From assembly GCA_963804085.1 (NCBI GenBank), contig CAWDOQ010000017.1, positions 64,001 through 128,000 of the forward strand: DNA of 64,000 nucleotides, written 5' to 3'. The position numbers and the translations under genes were made by a program. The notes under the pieces were generated by a model. The model saw nothing but the letters and a program-made list of their open reading frames with translations. It did no database searches and was not told the DNA's origin. This DNA comes from Chlamydiia bacterium (GTDB lineage: Bacteria > Chlamydiota > Chlamydiia > Chlamydiales > Rhabdochlamydiaceae). Position 1 is the stretch's first letter, and each line of letters begins with the position of its first letter. Shown here piece after piece: positions 19,647-29,717 of this stretch.

Positions 19647-21454
19647 TCAAATGCTATCTCATTGCCTGCTGACTTCAGCAGCTCTTTTGCTTTGGTTAAG
19701 TGGGCGGTTTTTCCCTCTTTTACAAAGTTGCCATATTGGGCTTGCGCTTGCTTGTACATCCACTTTTTCTCAAGAGTGCGGCCCGCCCTTGTGGCTTTTG
19801 TCAAGGAGATCTCCTTTTTGATCGCCACCCACTCCTCCTTGTGCCTTCCTTGGATGAGCAGGGTAAAGTCGCAAGGCTTGTCGATCGTGCCGACTATCTC
19901 GTAGGGCATATGCTGGTAAAAGATGGGGAGATGCGCGGAGCAGGAGGCGCATACGACTGCTGCTTTTCCGTCTTTGGGAGTCGCTGTAATCATTATATCT
20001 TTTAAAAGAGGATCGCGCAGGTTGAGCATCAATTTAGCCAGGCGTCTTGGGAAGGCAGCGTGTGTGTCGGAGTAGAGAAGGTCTCCTCCGCTGGTAGAAC
20101 TGAGAAGATCGAGCAGCAAGAGGTTATTGTCATGTCCAACTGCTGCGGTATAAAGAGAGACGCGTCCCGAGTTTTTTTGTATCCAACCGTTGATCTTTTT
20201 CTGCTGTCTGGATGTGTTCTCTATCGACTTGCCGTCTGTGAGCAAAATGGCAGTATGCACCTCTTTTTCTTGATCTGCACCGGGAATGATCTTTTCTAAA
20301 GTTCCAAAGAGGTCGCAAGAGGCAAACATGCCTCCATGCTCTTGCTTATCCAAAAAATCTTCTGCGCGTTGGATCGCAGCGTGTGTGAGATGGACACTCT
20401 TTTCGCTCATACGCACAGATCTCTTGTCAAAGAGGATGATGTTAAACTTATCTCCCTCTTGCAAGCAGGAGAGCGCCTTTAGGACGGCTCTTTTGTAGAC
20501 AGAAAATCTGTGTCTTTCGATCGAGTTAGAGCGGTCGATGAGAAAGTAAAAATTTTGCGGGATCTTGGTGATTCCCATCTCTTGATTGGGTTGTAACGAG
20601 AGAGAAAAGACATACCCTTTGTCCTCGTTTTGCATGAGAGTCACTTTTACGTCGAACCCCTCTTCCCACTCTTCGGCTTCTGCAATTTCAGGAAAGAGAT
20701 AAGCGTTTAGACCTTCTAGAGAGCTTGCCTGTTCTGGGCCTTTTGCAGCAGGAGGAGGAGCAGAAGGTAGAGAGGCGACCTTTCTTTTAGGCAGTGGCAG
20801 CTCTTTAAGATCGAAATTCGCTACTCCTTTTTCTTGTTCAATAGGAAGAGATCCAAGCGGAGTTCTTTGCATGACGCTCGCCTCCTCGCCTCGCTTCTCA
20901 AAGGAGGGAACTGGTGCCGCCGAAAGAGGAAGGGTCTCCTCGTTTAAATCTCCCTCTTGGGCAGCAAGGGGAGAAGAGGGGGCAGCAAAAGCGGGGGTTT
21001 TATCGATTGCAATTTGAGGAAAGGGAAAGAGGTTTTCGTCTATCGCAAGCTGCTGGGATGGAACAAACGAAGGAGTCGGAAGAGCAAGAGAGTAGCCCTC
21101 CTCTTCTTTGCCAATCGCAACTTCCGGCGTCACTATTGCCATTTCCGGAGAGCTTGTTTCGGTAGTGGCCTCTCTTGCTATGTCAGAGGGGTGATAGAGA
21201 GCATCAAAAGGGATCTCTTCGTGAGGAGAGGGAAGAGAGAGCTTAGCAAATGCCTCTTCAAGTTCTTTATTTTTTTCATCGAGCGCAAGATCGAGCGTCT
21301 CATCCGGAACATGCTCAAGAGGCGAGCGCGTTTTTTTGAACAGCGTGCCAAGAGGCGTGAGGAAAAGAGGATTGCGGTAAAACAAAAAGAGAGCAGAGAC
21401 GTGCACGACTAAAGAAGCGAGAAGGCATTTTATGAGAAGGGAGCGCTGTTTCAT
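19643..21454 (-). CDS. Membrane-anchored von Willebrand factor A domain protein
   Basis: N-terminal TM, Pro-rich linker, DRSNS MIDAS, ILLTDG. Confidence 0.85.
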   Translation of the reverse strand: MKQRSLLIKCLLASLVVHVSALFLFYRNPLFLTPLGTLFKKTRSPLEHVPDETLDLALDEKNKELEEAFAKLSLPSPHEEIPFDALYHPSDIAREATTETSSPEMAIVTPEVAIGKEEEGYSLALPTPSFVPSQQLAIDENLFPFPQIAIDKTPAFAAPSSPLAAQEGDLNEETLPLSAAPVPSFEKRGEEASVMQRTPLGSLPIEQEKGVANFDLKELPLPKRKVASLPSAPPPAAKGPEQASSLEGLNAYLFPEIAEAEEWEEGFDVKVTLMQNEDKGYVFSLSLQPNQEMGITKIPQNFYFLIDRSNSIERHRFSVYKRAVLKALSCLQEGDKFNIILFDKRSVRMSEKSVHLTHAAIQRAEDFLDKQEHGGMFASCDLFGTLEKIIPGADQEKEVHTAILLTDGKSIENTSRQQKKINGWIQKNSGRVSLYTAAVGHDNNLLLLDLLSSTSGGDLLYSDTHAAFPRRLAKLMLNLRDPLLKDIMITATPKDGKAAVVCASCSAHLPIFYQHMPYEIVGTIDKPCDFTLLIQGRHKEEWVAIKKEISLTKATRAGRTLEKKWMYKQAQAQYGNFVKEGKTAHLTKAKELLKSAGNEIAFE

Positions 21455-24135
21455 GCGTGTTTTTTCGTGACCTTTTCAAGTGTGTCTGCGATTTTTTTCT
21501 TAAGAGTTGGGGTGAGCTGGGATTGTTGTTGCATCTCCTCTAACATTTTTACAGCCTGTTTTTTAAGAGGGGGCGCCTCCTTCTCTTCACACATCTCCGA
21601 TTCTAGATGCATAACTGTCGCATCTACAAACTTCATGTAGTTCTGAAAAAGCCTCTCCTTTTCGGGAAAGCGCGAGCGAAGAGCATGGTAGTCTTGTGCC
21701 AGTAGATCCTCTTCTGAGAAGAAGTCTTCGCGCATCTGCTTAAAAAGATGCAGCGCCTTTTCTGTACGCGCGTCTGTTGGCGCAAGGTCCACTTTAATCG
21801 CGATGTATTCGAGAGCCGCTTCTAGGTGGAGAGGCTCGGAGACCAGTCTCTTTTTAATTTGTAGATCCTTTAAATTGTCGAGAATCTTGAAAATCTTAGG
21901 ATTTTTTTCACTCTTCTCTTCTTTACTTAACAAAGAATACTCAAGTTTCGCTTTCTCGAGAAGAGCTTCGTCTGCAAGAAGAGAGGGGACAAGAGGCGCG
22001 CTTGTGATGAGTTGATCGTAGCTTTGAATCGCCTTTTCACTGTTTTTATCTGCTGTATAGGCTCTTGCAAGCTCAAGTAACGTCCGTCTTTGAAACTTCC
22101 AAGAGAGGTCGGGCTTTTTTTTCTGCTGCTGTGCAAGCGCCTCCAGAAGCGTTGCAGCTTCCTTTGCTCTCTTCTGGCAGCTTAAAAGATCGGCAAACTT
22201 TAGCACCTCGCTTTCCAAAGATAGATTCTCATCCGTTATTGAGAGGTCGGCAAAAGATTTTTCCACACCCAAGAGTTTCTGCAAAAGCAGCGCGGCGCGC
22301 TCGCCCTCTTTAGATGCAGGATCCTGTTTTGCTCTCTGGTAGTAAAAATCCGATAGCCAGACCAGATTCTCAGGACGCGTAGAAACGCCGGGGAGCGAAA
22401 GGGAAGAAAAGAGATAATCGGCGCCCTTTTCCATCCAGCTTGCGCACTTGTTATCCTTTTCTTGGGCGAGCTTTAAGCAGGCGTTGTACATTTCGACAAG
22501 CACCCACCCTTTGGTCTTATCATCTGTGCCTCTTTCGAGCGCTTTATCTGCATGCGTAAGAAAAGAGAGAGGATCGCTCTTCGAGGAGAGCGCTAGCATC
22601 AGGTAGACGTGGCCAAGTGAGGGAGAAGCCGGAAAATCTTGCACAAAGCGTGAAAGCTCCATAAAGGCATCTGTATCTCTTCCGCACTCTTGCAAAAGCT
22701 GTGCATAAAGAAGGCGGTACTCTTCGCGATTCTCCTGCTGAACCAGGAGTGTAACGGATGAGAGAAGCTCCTCTTTTTTCGGAGTAGTTGCACCCTTTAA
22801 CTCTTGGGTAGAGGAGTTATAAATATAACGCAAAGAAGAGAGAAGACGGCTGCTTTCGGGAAACTCTTTTAGAAAATCTAAAAAGGTCTTACGGCAATTT
22901 TCCCACTCTTTTGCAACATAGAAGAGACGGCCTCTTTCGAAAAAGGCTCTCTCTCTTTCTTGAAATGCAGGAAACTCTTGTACCACTCTTTTCAAATCTG
23001 CTTGAGCAGCAGCCGTGTCGGTCAGCTTTTCTGAGAGCTCAGCATGGAGCATTAGGGCATAAGGAGAGGCGGAGTCTTGCGGAAAGAGAGCAAACAGATT
23101 CTGCATTGCCCGCTCTAAAAGAGGGCGATCATTTAACGCCTGAGCGCAGTGAAGAAGAGAGAGAAGTGCGGCTTGGCATTCAGGAGTCGCCTGTCTTTTT
23201 TCTCGCACAAAAAACTCTAAAGGAGCAACTGCTTCTTTATGATTGCCCAAAGCATAGTAGCTCTTGCCGATGAAGAAATTAAGTAGAGGTAGCTTCTCCT
23301 GAGGGATCTCTTTTAAAGCCTGATCTTTTGCTGCTACGAGCTCGCGGAACTTGTCGTTTTGGAAGAGAAGCAGCATCTGATTGTAGGCGGCTATGGGTGC
23401 GCGTTTGCCCTTCATCTCATAGACTGTTCTAAAGGTCTCAGCTGCTTTTGTATTATCAAAATACTGCTGCATGCATCCCGCTTGAAAGAGAAACTCCTCT
23501 TTTTTTTCGGACTCTTTCTTTGCAAGCGCAAGAAAAAGAGAGGCGGCCTGAGGGTAGCGCTTCAGCTCTTTGTTGATCTCAGCGAGTGGAAGAAGACAAT
23601 CCTCTTTGTAACGCGTCTTCTCAAGAAAAACATATTCCACCTGAGCCTGCTCTAAAAAGAGTGCGCGCTTCTCTTTTGATTCGATCTTCATCCCATGACG
23701 CCAGAGAGATTCGGCGAGTAAAAAGCGCAGAGTCTCCTCCTCTTTTATCTCGCTCCCTTCTTTAAAATGCTCAGTTACGTTGCGGATGAGCGGGATATAC
23801 TCTTGCATAGAAAAAAGCGCCTGCAGACGGTGCAGAAGTATGCGCTTTTTGAACTCTTTAGTTGTGACTTGATCGTAGGCGGCTATCGCATCTTTGTACT
23901 GATTCTCCAAAAAGTAGATATCGCCCAGCATCGCATAGAGGTGATCTCGCAAATCACTCTTCTCGTAGTGAGACAAAAAAGAGAGAATCTGCCCCTTTGC
24001 TGCCGTATAATCCCCCTCCTTCCAATACTCAGAGATGCGCCTCAAATGCAGCGCCTGATCCGGCGATGCGACTTTCACTTGGCTGAACGACGAAAGAACC
24101 AAGACTAGCACAAGAAGAGCAGAGACAAAGTACAT
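21451..24135 (-). CDS. Exported tetratricopeptide repeat protein
   Basis: Signal peptide and multiple TPR-like helices (LGDIYF...AIAAY; IGKSYYALG). Confidence 0.85.
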   Translation of the reverse strand: MYFVSALLVLVLVLSSFSQVKVASPDQALHLRRISEYWKEGDYTAAKGQILSFLSHYEKSDLRDHLYAMLGDIYFLENQYKDAIAAYDQVTTKEFKKRILLHRLQALFSMQEYIPLIRNVTEHFKEGSEIKEEETLRFLLAESLWRHGMKIESKEKRALFLEQAQVEYVFLEKTRYKEDCLLPLAEINKELKRYPQAASLFLALAKKESEKKEEFLFQAGCMQQYFDNTKAAETFRTVYEMKGKRAPIAAYNQMLLLFQNDKFRELVAAKDQALKEIPQEKLPLLNFFIGKSYYALGNHKEAVAPLEFFVREKRQATPECQAALLSLLHCAQALNDRPLLERAMQNLFALFPQDSASPYALMLHAELSEKLTDTAAAQADLKRVVQEFPAFQERERAFFERGRLFYVAKEWENCRKTFLDFLKEFPESSRLLSSLRYIYNSSTQELKGATTPKKEELLSSVTLLVQQENREEYRLLYAQLLQECGRDTDAFMELSRFVQDFPASPSLGHVYLMLALSSKSDPLSFLTHADKALERGTDDKTKGWVLVEMYNACLKLAQEKDNKCASWMEKGADYLFSSLSLPGVSTRPENLVWLSDFYYQRAKQDPASKEGERAALLLQKLLGVEKSFADLSITDENLSLESEVLKFADLLSCQKRAKEAATLLEALAQQQKKKPDLSWKFQRRTLLELARAYTADKNSEKAIQSYDQLITSAPLVPSLLADEALLEKAKLEYSLLSKEEKSEKNPKIFKILDNLKDLQIKKRLVSEPLHLEAALEYIAIKVDLAPTDARTEKALHLFKQMREDFFSEEDLLAQDYHALRSRFPEKERLFQNYMKFVDATVMHLESEMCEEKEAPPLKKQAVKMLEEMQQQSQLTPTLKKKIADTLEKVTKKHA

Positions 24136-24201
24136 GTCGCCTCAAAGTAAATATTTTGTGCGATTATACTAAGCGGGCATTAATTTACCACTGTGGTGAA
24201 T

Positions 24202-25263
24202 TTAAGAGACGTGAAGAGCTGGAAGCGGATCGAGAACAGCTCCCCCTTCAAGGTAGGACGCAGCAAGCTTTTGCACGGGGTGAGGCAACGAGGGGGTAGA
24301 TACGCAAATCGCAGCAAAGCGATCGTTAATAAAGCTTGTGATCACAGGATCGTAACCCCAACAATACTCTTGGCGCTCTTCAAGACCTAATGCCCGAGCG
24401 GATAAAGGGCGAGCATCCACGTTAGAAATTTTGGCTCCTAAACTTGCTCCTTGGCGGAGCAGAATATCTATCAGCTTATTAACGCAGCCATCATCGCATT
24501 CTTTTGGCCAATTATTGATAGCTTGCAAAGCAGACCCAAGAGGTGTTGATCCACGGTCGTCTTCTGCTTCTAAATCAGCCCCATTGCTGATCAAAGTTTC
24601 TGCAAGAGGCACAAATTCAGGACATGTAGTAATAGAGAGGTCCAGCTTGCCATCGCCGCTTATGGCAACGACTATCGCATAGTGCAGAGCAGTGCCTCCT
24701 CTTTCATGCTTAGTCCACACCTGTTTATCCTTGTCATCTAAGGTAACGCCTGCCTGGATATAGGCTCTCGTCAATTCCATCGCAAAATCAGCATAAGCTT
24801 TTCGGACTGGCGCTTTTAGATGCTTAAATCTCATTTCTGTCTGAACCCTCTTGATAAGAGAGATCAAGGGGGTATTCTCTTTCCATGCTGCAGCTTCATT
24901 TAAAAGGGGGCGAGCAACAGAAAAGTCAGGAACTTCATCCTCTTCTTTCGGCCACATGCGGTCCCACGCTATATGGCACTCATCTACTAAGTCGCGTAAT
25001 GTCCTGACTGTGGCTTTAGGAAGATGTATGGCAACAGGTGCTTTCAGAGCAATGGCAAGAGGTGCCTTCTCATAAACGGCAGCAGGAATCGGGGCAGCAG
25101 GAACCGGCGAAAAGAGCCAAGAAACGCATTCTGAAAGCAGCCTACAAAAAGCCTGCCAGACAGCCGAGATGCGCTCCACCAGACAGTCGCAGCAGCTTAT
25201 CTCTGCAGGATAAGCAGCTGTAGTAGTAGGCGCTGATGTAATTGCCGCAGTTAAATGTGTCAT
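24202..25263 (-). CDS. Ankyrin repeat protein, candidate effector
   Basis: GGTALHYA, LISNGADLEAEDDRGSTPL, LLRQGA. Confidence 0.8.
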   Translation of the reverse strand: MTHLTAAITSAPTTTAAYPAEISCCDCLVERISAVWQAFCRLLSECVSWLFSPVPAAPIPAAVYEKAPLAIALKAPVAIHLPKATVRTLRDLVDECHIAWDRMWPKEEDEVPDFSVARPLLNEAAAWKENTPLISLIKRVQTEMRFKHLKAPVRKAYADFAMELTRAYIQAGVTLDDKDKQVWTKHERGGTALHYAIVVAISGDGKLDLSITTCPEFVPLAETLISNGADLEAEDDRGSTPLGSALQAINNWPKECDDGCVNKLIDILLRQGASLGAKISNVDARPLSARALGLEERQEYCWGYDPVITSFINDRFAAICVSTPSLPHPVQKLAASYLEGGAVLDPLPALHVS

Positions 25264-25365
25264 ATTTAGACAGCAATTATATAATTATTTCGCAAATAAA
25301 CAAACAAAATTAATAAGATAATATATTAAAAAATTTACTTGAATTTACAAGGAATAAAAGGAGCA

Positions 25366-25650
25366 GGCCCCCAATGGACAGAGAGGACAACGGACTAAAA
25401 TGGACGTGACATGGACATGAATGGACGGGGCCTAAGAGAACTAGCTCAAGTTTTCTTTCTTGGCGCTTGTCCATGTGAAGAACTCCTCCGTAAAACGGAG
25501 GAGATTCTCCCCATGTGAGGGGCGTCTGCTTCGCGCCGCATTGTTTATATAGCTCGGCTAACTCGCCCTGAAGGGGCGAGATTGCGCTCGAGCAACATGC
25601 TCATGTCCATTTTAGTCCGTTTTTCTTGATTGTCCTTTTTCGTCCATTAA
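25366..25650. repeat. ATGGAC/GTCCAT inverted tandem-unit element C, interrupted by an insert of about 120 bp
   Basis: GGAC units at 25374-25427 and GTCC units at 25469-25647. Confidence 0.75.
25475..25596. mobile_element. Putative non-autonomous IS200/IS605-type mini element (two subterminal hairpins)
   Basis: CTCCTCCG-TAAAA-CGGAGGAG (25483-25503) and CTCGCCC-TGAAG-GGGCGAG (25562-25580) near each end; no ORF. Confidence 0.45.
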
Positions 25651-25721
25651 ACGCCCTCTTTTTTGAGTGCACCTCTCTGAAAATCAACGATTAATGTTGT
25701 TTGTTAGACTTAATTTTTTAG

Positions 25722-25803
25722 CTAGAATACCTATAAAAAGAAGGAATTTTGGTATTAATTCTTTCTTTTTTGCCAAAATTCCCACAAAAAATAGGAATTT
25801 TGG
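25722..25803 (+). promoter_or_regulatory. Two tandem inverted-repeat operators over the abiE promoter
   Basis: CCAAAATTCC-N11-GGAATTTTGG (25773-25803) and CTAGAATACC-N11-GGAATTTTGG (25722-25752); the latter overlaps a TAGAAT -10-like box. Confidence 0.7.
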
Positions 25804-25827
25804 TAATATCTCAAAAAGAGGAGGGAT

Positions 25828-26463
25828 ATGAGAGCTAAGCTGAAACTTATAAAAACACCTTATGTGGATGCGCAGACGCTGCTTAACCTTTTGGCTGATT
25901 ACCGAAAGCCAAGAGAAGGTATTTTGAGGATGGTTAAGAATGGAGAATTAATCAGGCTGAAAAATGGCTTTTACCTCATCGCAGACAAAATTAAATCGGA
26001 TGGCAATACCGTAATTCCTTACGAACAGGTCGCAAATTTGCTCTATGGCCCTTCTTACGTGAGTCTGGAATGGGCTCTTTCTTTTTATGGGATGATTCCA
26101 GAGCGGGTGCATACAATCACCAGTATGACTTTGGGCAAGAAAAAGGAGTTTCACACACCACTAGGTGATTTTGTTTACCATCCTCTTTCACCTAAGAGGT
26201 ATTCGATTGGAATTACACAAAAACAGACAGCTGGTTTTCCGGGGGGATTTTTAATAGCAACGCCTGAAAAGGCGCTCGTAGATTTAGTATTTACGACATG
26301 TAAAGGGCTAGATAAAGATCTCTTACAACAAGAGCTATTGGAGTCTAAGCGAATGGAACCAGAAGTTTTTCATCAGTTGAATAAGAGTTTTCTGGTTGAA
26401 ATCGCCAAGGCTTATCGGGCAAAAAGTGTCAGTTATCTAATAGATTTGGTAGGCAAAATATGA
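25828..26463 (+). CDS. Type IV TA antitoxin, AbiEi-like
   Basis: LIRLKNGFY wHTH, PSYVSLEWALSFYGMIPE, IATPEKALVD. Confidence 0.88.
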   Translation: MRAKLKLIKTPYVDAQTLLNLLADYRKPREGILRMVKNGELIRLKNGFYLIADKIKSDGNTVIPYEQVANLLYGPSYVSLEWALSFYGMIPERVHTITSMTLGKKKEFHTPLGDFVYHPLSPKRYSIGITQKQTAGFPGGFLIATPEKALVDLVFTTCKGLDKDLLQQELLESKRMEPEVFHQLNKSFLVEIAKAYRAKSVSYLIDLVGKI

Positions 26464-27332
26464 ACTTCGATCCAGTCATCACAAAAATGTTGGAGAGTTA
26501 CACGGATAATGTTCCAAAAATTGACAAAATACGCGAGGTTTTACAACAGACGGCTCTGTTAGGATTAGCTCGCCATCAATTTTTTGAGCATGCGGTTTTT
26601 TACGGGGGAACCGCATTGAGAATTTTATATGGATTGGATCGGTATAGTGAGGATCTTGATTTTTCACTTATAAAAGCTGATCCAAATTTTGATTTTTCTC
26701 CTTTCATAGAAGGAATGCATCAAGAATTAAGAGCCATGGGATTCGAGCTAGATGTTGCGATTCGAAAAAAAAATCAAGAAACGGGGATCTGGTCCGCATT
26801 TTTGAAAGCAAATACACTCGCTCTTTTATTATCTATCAAGGAAGCAGCTGAAGGAATTCATCCGGAACAAAAAATTCAAATCAAACTGGAGATCGATACT
26901 GATCCTCCTCCATCCCATTTACCATTTGAAAGTAAGCTAGTGTTGCAACCGGTCCCCTTTTATGTGAGCACATATGCAATCGTTGATCTATGTGCAGGAA
27001 AGATACATGCCGCTCTTTGTCGCAATTGGCAAAAGCGTGTCAAAGGTCGAGATTGGTATGATCTAATTTGGTATATGCAAAACGGAATTCCTGTGAATTT
27101 ATCTCATTTAAGAGAAAGAATGCGGCAAACTGGACATCTACAGCAGAATGAAAAATTTGGGATTTCCGAACTTTTCGCAAGGCTACACAAAAAGATAGAT
27201 GAGATCGATTGGGAACTTGCTAAATCAGATATTTCAGTCTTTATTGCAGATAAAACTAAAATAGCACTCTGGTCGAAACAGTTTTTTCACGATGCGATCG
27301 TTCATTTGCGTTGGGTAGATGATCCCAAATAA
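26460..27332 (+). CDS. Type IV TA toxin, AbiEii/AbiGii nucleotidyltransferase
   Basis: FYGGTALR, RYSEDLDF, KLEID, KIHA, KGRDWYDL; ATGA overlap with the antitoxin. Confidence 0.92.
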   Translation: MNFDPVITKMLESYTDNVPKIDKIREVLQQTALLGLARHQFFEHAVFYGGTALRILYGLDRYSEDLDFSLIKADPNFDFSPFIEGMHQELRAMGFELDVAIRKKNQETGIWSAFLKANTLALLLSIKEAAEGIHPEQKIQIKLEIDTDPPPSHLPFESKLVLQPVPFYVSTYAIVDLCAGKIHAALCRNWQKRVKGRDWYDLIWYMQNGIPVNLSHLRERMRQTGHLQQNEKFGISELFARLHKKIDEIDWELAKSDISVFIADKTKIALWSKQFFHDAIVHLRWVDDPK

Positions 27333-27334
27333 AA

Positions 27335-28348
27335 TCAGCGGGTGTAGAAGGCGATGAGGTCGCCTGCGCGGGGGTCGTGGAGCTTTTTGAGCTGCTCGTA
27401 GAGGCGGAGGGCTTTGGCGTTTTGGCCTTGCTGGAAGTAGAGGACGCCTAAGCGAAATAGGATGTCGCTCTCGAGGGGATTAATTTTGAGCATCGCTTCG
27501 TACTCTGCGCTCTCGTGCTCCAGGTCGTCCATCTCGTGGTAGAGGGCGGCAAGTTGCGCGTGTACCCAGAGCTCGCCTGGGGCAAAGTGGTCTAAGATTT
27601 TAAACTCTTCGATTGCGCGTGCTGCGGACTTTTCAAACATTTGACGCATCTTGAGAGAAGCGTATTCGCGCGGGATATATGCCATCGGGGTATCCGGTGT
27701 TTTATAGATCTTGGCAAGAGCGACATACGCAGTTGCAAGGCGTGCGTGGGGCTCTATCGCACAGGGCTCTTGTTTGATGGATTGAAGATACTCTTGCACG
27801 GCGTGCAGCAGCAGCTTCTCTTTTATCTCATAGACATCCTTCCAATGCATCCAAATGTTAAACTTCTCCGCGACAAGTGAAAGAGAAGGACGCTTTTTAA
27901 AGGTCTGGTAGAGGCTTTGCATCTTCTCGTCGATAAGATCGGCTAGGTGGAAGAGAGCAGACGCGATCTCTTGTGGCTCGGGGGTAGAAGAAAGCATCCT
28001 GCAGGATGCGACGTAATCCTCTTTGATCTCTTCGAACTGCTCAGGTCTTTTTGCATCGAAGTAGAAGCGAAGGACAAAGTAGGAGAAGAGGGTGAGAAAG
28101 AGGGCAGCGAGTGTGAATGCAAAAACAGTTGATTGGGTAAGCAGCGGGAAAAAGATAAGAAAACCCACACACTCTAAAGTAGCGACCAGAAAGAAGGCGA
28201 TGCGGAAGAGAGCATAAGAGCGCATGAGAGAGAAAAACTCTTGGACTGCGGTAGCGGCTCGCTCTTTCGCTTTTTCTTCAAAATAAGAAGAGCGAAGAGC
28301 GAAGTGAAGAATCTTACCCTGTTTTTTCTCAGAACTTGTTGTTTGCAT
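27335..28348 (-). CDS. Membrane-anchored TPR protein
   Basis: Two N-terminal TM helices; C-terminal TPRs (LFRLGVLYFQQG). Confidence 0.8.
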   Translation of the reverse strand: MQTTSSEKKQGKILHFALRSSYFEEKAKERAATAVQEFFSLMRSYALFRIAFFLVATLECVGFLIFFPLLTQSTVFAFTLAALFLTLFSYFVLRFYFDAKRPEQFEEIKEDYVASCRMLSSTPEPQEIASALFHLADLIDEKMQSLYQTFKKRPSLSLVAEKFNIWMHWKDVYEIKEKLLLHAVQEYLQSIKQEPCAIEPHARLATAYVALAKIYKTPDTPMAYIPREYASLKMRQMFEKSAARAIEEFKILDHFAPGELWVHAQLAALYHEMDDLEHESAEYEAMLKINPLESDILFRLGVLYFQQGQNAKALRLYEQLKKLHDPRAGDLIAFYTR

Positions 28349-28379
28349 GCAAAAAATCTACCCTAAAAGCGTAATTTAC

Positions 28380-28820
28380 TCAATCACCGGTTTCGATCAT
28401 GTAGTTGATCACATACTCGGAGACGCCTGCTTTTTTGAGACCGATGATATCAGAACTGGAGAGACGAAAGACGCTTTGTGTTGCATCGATCTGTCTGGTA
28501 ATTGTGTCATCGCTCAAGCCGTTTTTGGACATGTTTTTCACATCTTCTACGGTGAGCTGCTGTCTTCGATCGATTCTATCCAATGTGCGAGGAGACTTCT
28601 CTGCCATCACTGCGCGATCGTGCTCATCCAGGGCATAGCCGATGAGGGCGCCTCCAACTGCGCCTGCTGCTCCCCCGATAAGCGCTCCGGTGCCGCCTCC
28701 GGCGAGACCTCCGATGAGTGCGCCGCCGCCAGCTCCTACGAGTGCGCCAGTCCCTGCTTTACTCTCGCAACCCGCTAAGAGCACAGCACATGCCATTATG
28801 GGCAGTAATTTGCTTTGCAT
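28380..28820 (-). CDS. Glycine-zipper lipoprotein
   Basis: LAGC lipobox; GALVGAGGGALIGG glycine zipper. Confidence 0.85.
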   Translation of the reverse strand: MQSKLLPIMACAVLLAGCESKAGTGALVGAGGGALIGGLAGGGTGALIGGAAGAVGGALIGYALDEHDRAVMAEKSPRTLDRIDRRQQLTVEDVKNMSKNGLSDDTITRQIDATQSVFRLSSSDIIGLKKAGVSEYVINYMIETGD

Positions 28821-28877
28821 ATCGCCTCTCCTCGTTTATTCTTTGTTTAGTAAGATTTAACGGTTTTTGCAAGAGAT

Positions 28878-29717
28878 ATGTTGCCTTTCGAAGAAAAAAA
28901 TACAGAGCTAGAAGAGAAGCGTAAGAAGGAGAGAAGGCGCTTTTTAGTACTGCTTAAAAGAAAAGAGAATGGGCTCGCTATTCTCGTAAAAGAGGAAGCA
29001 AGAGGAGAGCGGTGGAAGGAGGAGGAGCAGGAGGCGAGGCTTCTTCAAAGCAATCTCTTTCGCGTAAAAAATGGAATGAAGAAGATCGAAGTGGAGGATT
29101 GGGAGAATGAGGGAAAGATGCGCACTCTTACACTCGATTCCGATCTTGAGCCTGGCGAATTTTTAAAGCGCAAGTTTGTCCATGCGCGCAAATTAAAACG
29201 AAAATTGGCTCATGCAAAAGAGCAGATTGCGCGTGTAAGAAAAGAGATAGCGCTGCTTGAGGAGAAGCTCAAAGCAGTCGAAGTACAAGAGAGCTTCGAA
29301 GAGCCAAAAACAAAGAAAGCAGCTGAAAAAAAAGCCCACCCTTTTCGCGAATTTACAACAGAGGCAGGCCTCAAGATCTATGTGGCCAAGAAAGATAGGG
29401 ACAATGAGAAGCTCACCTTCTCTTTTGCGCATGGAAACGATCTTTGGATGCACGTGGCAGATAGGCCAGGCGCTCATCTAATAATAAGATGTCCTAAAGG
29501 CAAAGTTGTCGATGAAGCATCACTTTTGGATGCAGCGCTGCTCGCAGTCCACTTTAGCAAAGCTAAAGGGGAGAAAATAGCCGACGTTACCGTCGCCGAG
29601 GTCAAGCACGTCTCAAAGCCCAAACGCGCAAAAGCAGGCCTGGTCAACGTGAGCAAGCACAAAAAAATCACCGTCCGCTCCGACCCCGCACGCCTTAAAC
29701 AACTTCTTACTCTTTGA
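28878..29717 (+). CDS. NFACT-R RNA-binding domain protein (short RqcH/FbpA-like)
   Basis: Coiled coil plus DNEKLT...DLWMHV...PGAHL...AALLAVHFSK...VSKP; start uncertain. Confidence 0.8.
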   Translation: MLPFEEKNTELEEKRKKERRRFLVLLKRKENGLAILVKEEARGERWKEEEQEARLLQSNLFRVKNGMKKIEVEDWENEGKMRTLTLDSDLEPGEFLKRKFVHARKLKRKLAHAKEQIARVRKEIALLEEKLKAVEVQESFEEPKTKKAAEKKAHPFREFTTEAGLKIYVAKKDRDNEKLTFSFAHGNDLWMHVADRPGAHLIIRCPKGKVVDEASLLDAALLAVHFSKAKGEKIADVTVAEVKHVSKPKRAKAGLVNVSKHKKITVRSDPARLKQLLTL

